A stretch of 64,000 bases of DNA from an uncultured cyanobacterium (GTDB taxonomy: Bacteria > Cyanobacteriota > Cyanobacteriia > Phormidesmidales > Phormidesmidaceae), in the NCBI GenBank assembly GCA_963793265.1, contig CAWBZI010000001.1, forward strand, positions 96,001 to 160,000. Reading direction: 5' to 3'. The notes beneath the pieces are model-generated. The model did not search any database and was not told the DNA's origin. It saw nothing but the letters and a program-made list of their open reading frames with translations. Below, in pieces: positions 62,461-64,000 of this stretch (positions within the stretch are counted from its first letter, which is position 1; each line of letters starts with the position of its first letter). The position numbers were made by a program, and so were the translations under genes.

Positions 62461-63855
62461 ATGCGCCTCTTAGCACGTCTACCCAGTCCTAAGAAAATGC
62501 CACGATTAAGCGATCGCGCTTTTCTAATCGTTCAAAACGAAATAGAGCGCCGTTATAAAGATCATCCCGCTGACCAAATAAAGCGGGTTATTTTGCTCGC
62601 GCGGCTAGAAACGCTACGGGCTCAAAAGGGCGACCCTATGACTCGGGTACAGATTTGGGAGGTGCTAAGCGATGTAGCCCCCAACTTTGATCAAAATATT
62701 CTCATGGATGCAGAAAGCGTAGACACAGACTCTCCTCTGTTAGGCATATCTGTCGGCGTCGGCGCGGTCGCTGTACTGGTTTCAACTGCGATCGGCATGA
62801 AGGCAGTTACAGCAGACACTGTTGCACAAGCAGCCGCTCAATCTGCGGGTCAAACTGAGCAACCATCGTCGGTCACTACAACCGAAGAACCCGATCAGGT
62901 AGTAGAAAAAGCGATATACAGCGTAAAGCGACCGACTGAACAGGTGGCTGACAAACAGGATCAGCGACGATCGTTTTGGCCGGATGGGTGGCGCTTACCC
63001 AAGAGAGCACCTAGACCGACTAGAGAACCGCGTTCGGTGCCTGACTCTCAAAGTAATTCCTCAAGCGTGCCTCATTCAGCCGCTTTTGAGATGGCTAAAG
63101 GTATCGGCTGGCAAGCAGCGCTAAAGAGTCAGAATCCGCCACATTCCGTTGAGCACTGGAGCAGTACGGCAAAGCTGTGGAGGCTGGCGATCGCCCATCT
63201 AGAGCAAGTTCCGCCTAGCCACAAAAACTATAAATCTGCTCAGGTCAAAAAAGCGACTTACCAGCAGTATCTTCAAGAAATTCAAACTCGCCAAGCCTCA
63301 GCACAAACCGCACCAAATACTTCTGAGCTAGTAGCAACCGCACCTGCCCCAACTGCACCTGCAGCCCCTCAGTTCTCCAGCAAGCTTACCGAGCAACCCC
63401 CTCAAGAAATACTAAAAAATCCAATTGCTGTTGCCAAGCACTACGGCTGGCTGGCGGCTGTTGCGAGCCAGAACGCGCCCCATTCTGCTGAGAAATGGGC
63501 CGATATTTCTAGAACTTGGCAGCGGGCGCTGATGAGCCTTGAAGGTATTGACCAGGCAAGTCCTATCTATGCTGAGGCGCAGCAGGTGAAGGCGCGCTAT
63601 CAGAAAAACCTGGCGGCTATTCGCGAACGCTATCAGCAAGAGCAAATCGCTACCCAGCGCCTGCAATCTCTACAGGCGTCGCTGGCAGAAATCAATAACG
63701 ACATTACGCCTAACGCTGCACAGTTGGGCCAGCTAGAGGCGATTGTGAAAAAGCTCAAGAGTATCCCAAAGAGTACAGAAGCAGGGGAGCGGGCGCAGCG
63801 GCTAGTGGCTGAAACCAGTGAGGTGATGGATGCGATCGCCACCAACGCTCTATAA
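62461..63855 (+). CDS. Membrane-anchored hypothetical protein with two helical internal repeats
   Basis: Single TM; two copies of AK..GW.AA..SQN.PHS.E.W....W..A...LE........Y..AQ..K..YQ..L. Confidence 0.7.
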   Translation: MRLLARLPSPKKMPRLSDRAFLIVQNEIERRYKDHPADQIKRVILLARLETLRAQKGDPMTRVQIWEVLSDVAPNFDQNILMDAESVDTDSPLLGISVGVGAVAVLVSTAIGMKAVTADTVAQAAAQSAGQTEQPSSVTTTEEPDQVVEKAIYSVKRPTEQVADKQDQRRSFWPDGWRLPKRAPRPTREPRSVPDSQSNSSSVPHSAAFEMAKGIGWQAALKSQNPPHSVEHWSSTAKLWRLAIAHLEQVPPSHKNYKSAQVKKATYQQYLQEIQTRQASAQTAPNTSELVATAPAPTAPAAPQFSSKLTEQPPQEILKNPIAVAKHYGWLAAVASQNAPHSAEKWADISRTWQRALMSLEGIDQASPIYAEAQQVKARYQKNLAAIRERYQQEQIATQRLQSLQASLAEINNDITPNAAQLGQLEAIVKKLKSIPKSTEAGERAQRLVAETSEVMDAIATNAL

Positions 63856-64000
63856 CGTTAGCCTTAGTCGCTTCAGCCTTGACCTCAGTCGCTTCGGCCT
63901 AAAACAGTAGCCACAGATACACACAAAAATCTTCAGAAAACATTTTATTTTAATCAAACTTGATATTTTCCCCCTGTCTCTTACTAAAGCAGCACAGCAA

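Overview
Core chromosomal segment of a cyanobacterium (HIP1 octamer GCGATCGC throughout), probably a filamentous, non-heterocystous Leptolyngbya/Phormidesmis-like lineage (inference). Most genes are housekeeping: yidD, queG, lepB, PBP1A, tyrS, pyrF, cysE, nnr, ftsH, murA, lpdA, trpC and two tRNA-Leu. It also carries an hps polysaccharide cluster, a Rieske oxygenase/two-component locus and a vapBC pair. Highlights: (1) a hen1-pnkp RNA-repair operon whose Pnkp lacks the whole central phosphatase domain, followed by an Lhr-type ligase-associated helicase; (2) a patX-hetR locus where PatX has two RGSGR motifs and HetR has Asn at two acidic PatS-contact positions, with a perfect NtcA box and a direct repeat upstream of hetR; (3) an orphan Stig-cyclase (HpiC1/FamC1-like) homologue with His at the catalytic Asp and a PEP-CTERM-like tail; (4) an apparently catalytically dead RAYT/IS200-like protein next to hetR; (5) a G-rich to C-rich switch centred on HIP1 sites; (6) tRNA-Leu(CAG) with A37. 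All family calls are by motif recognition from memory; no searches were run.
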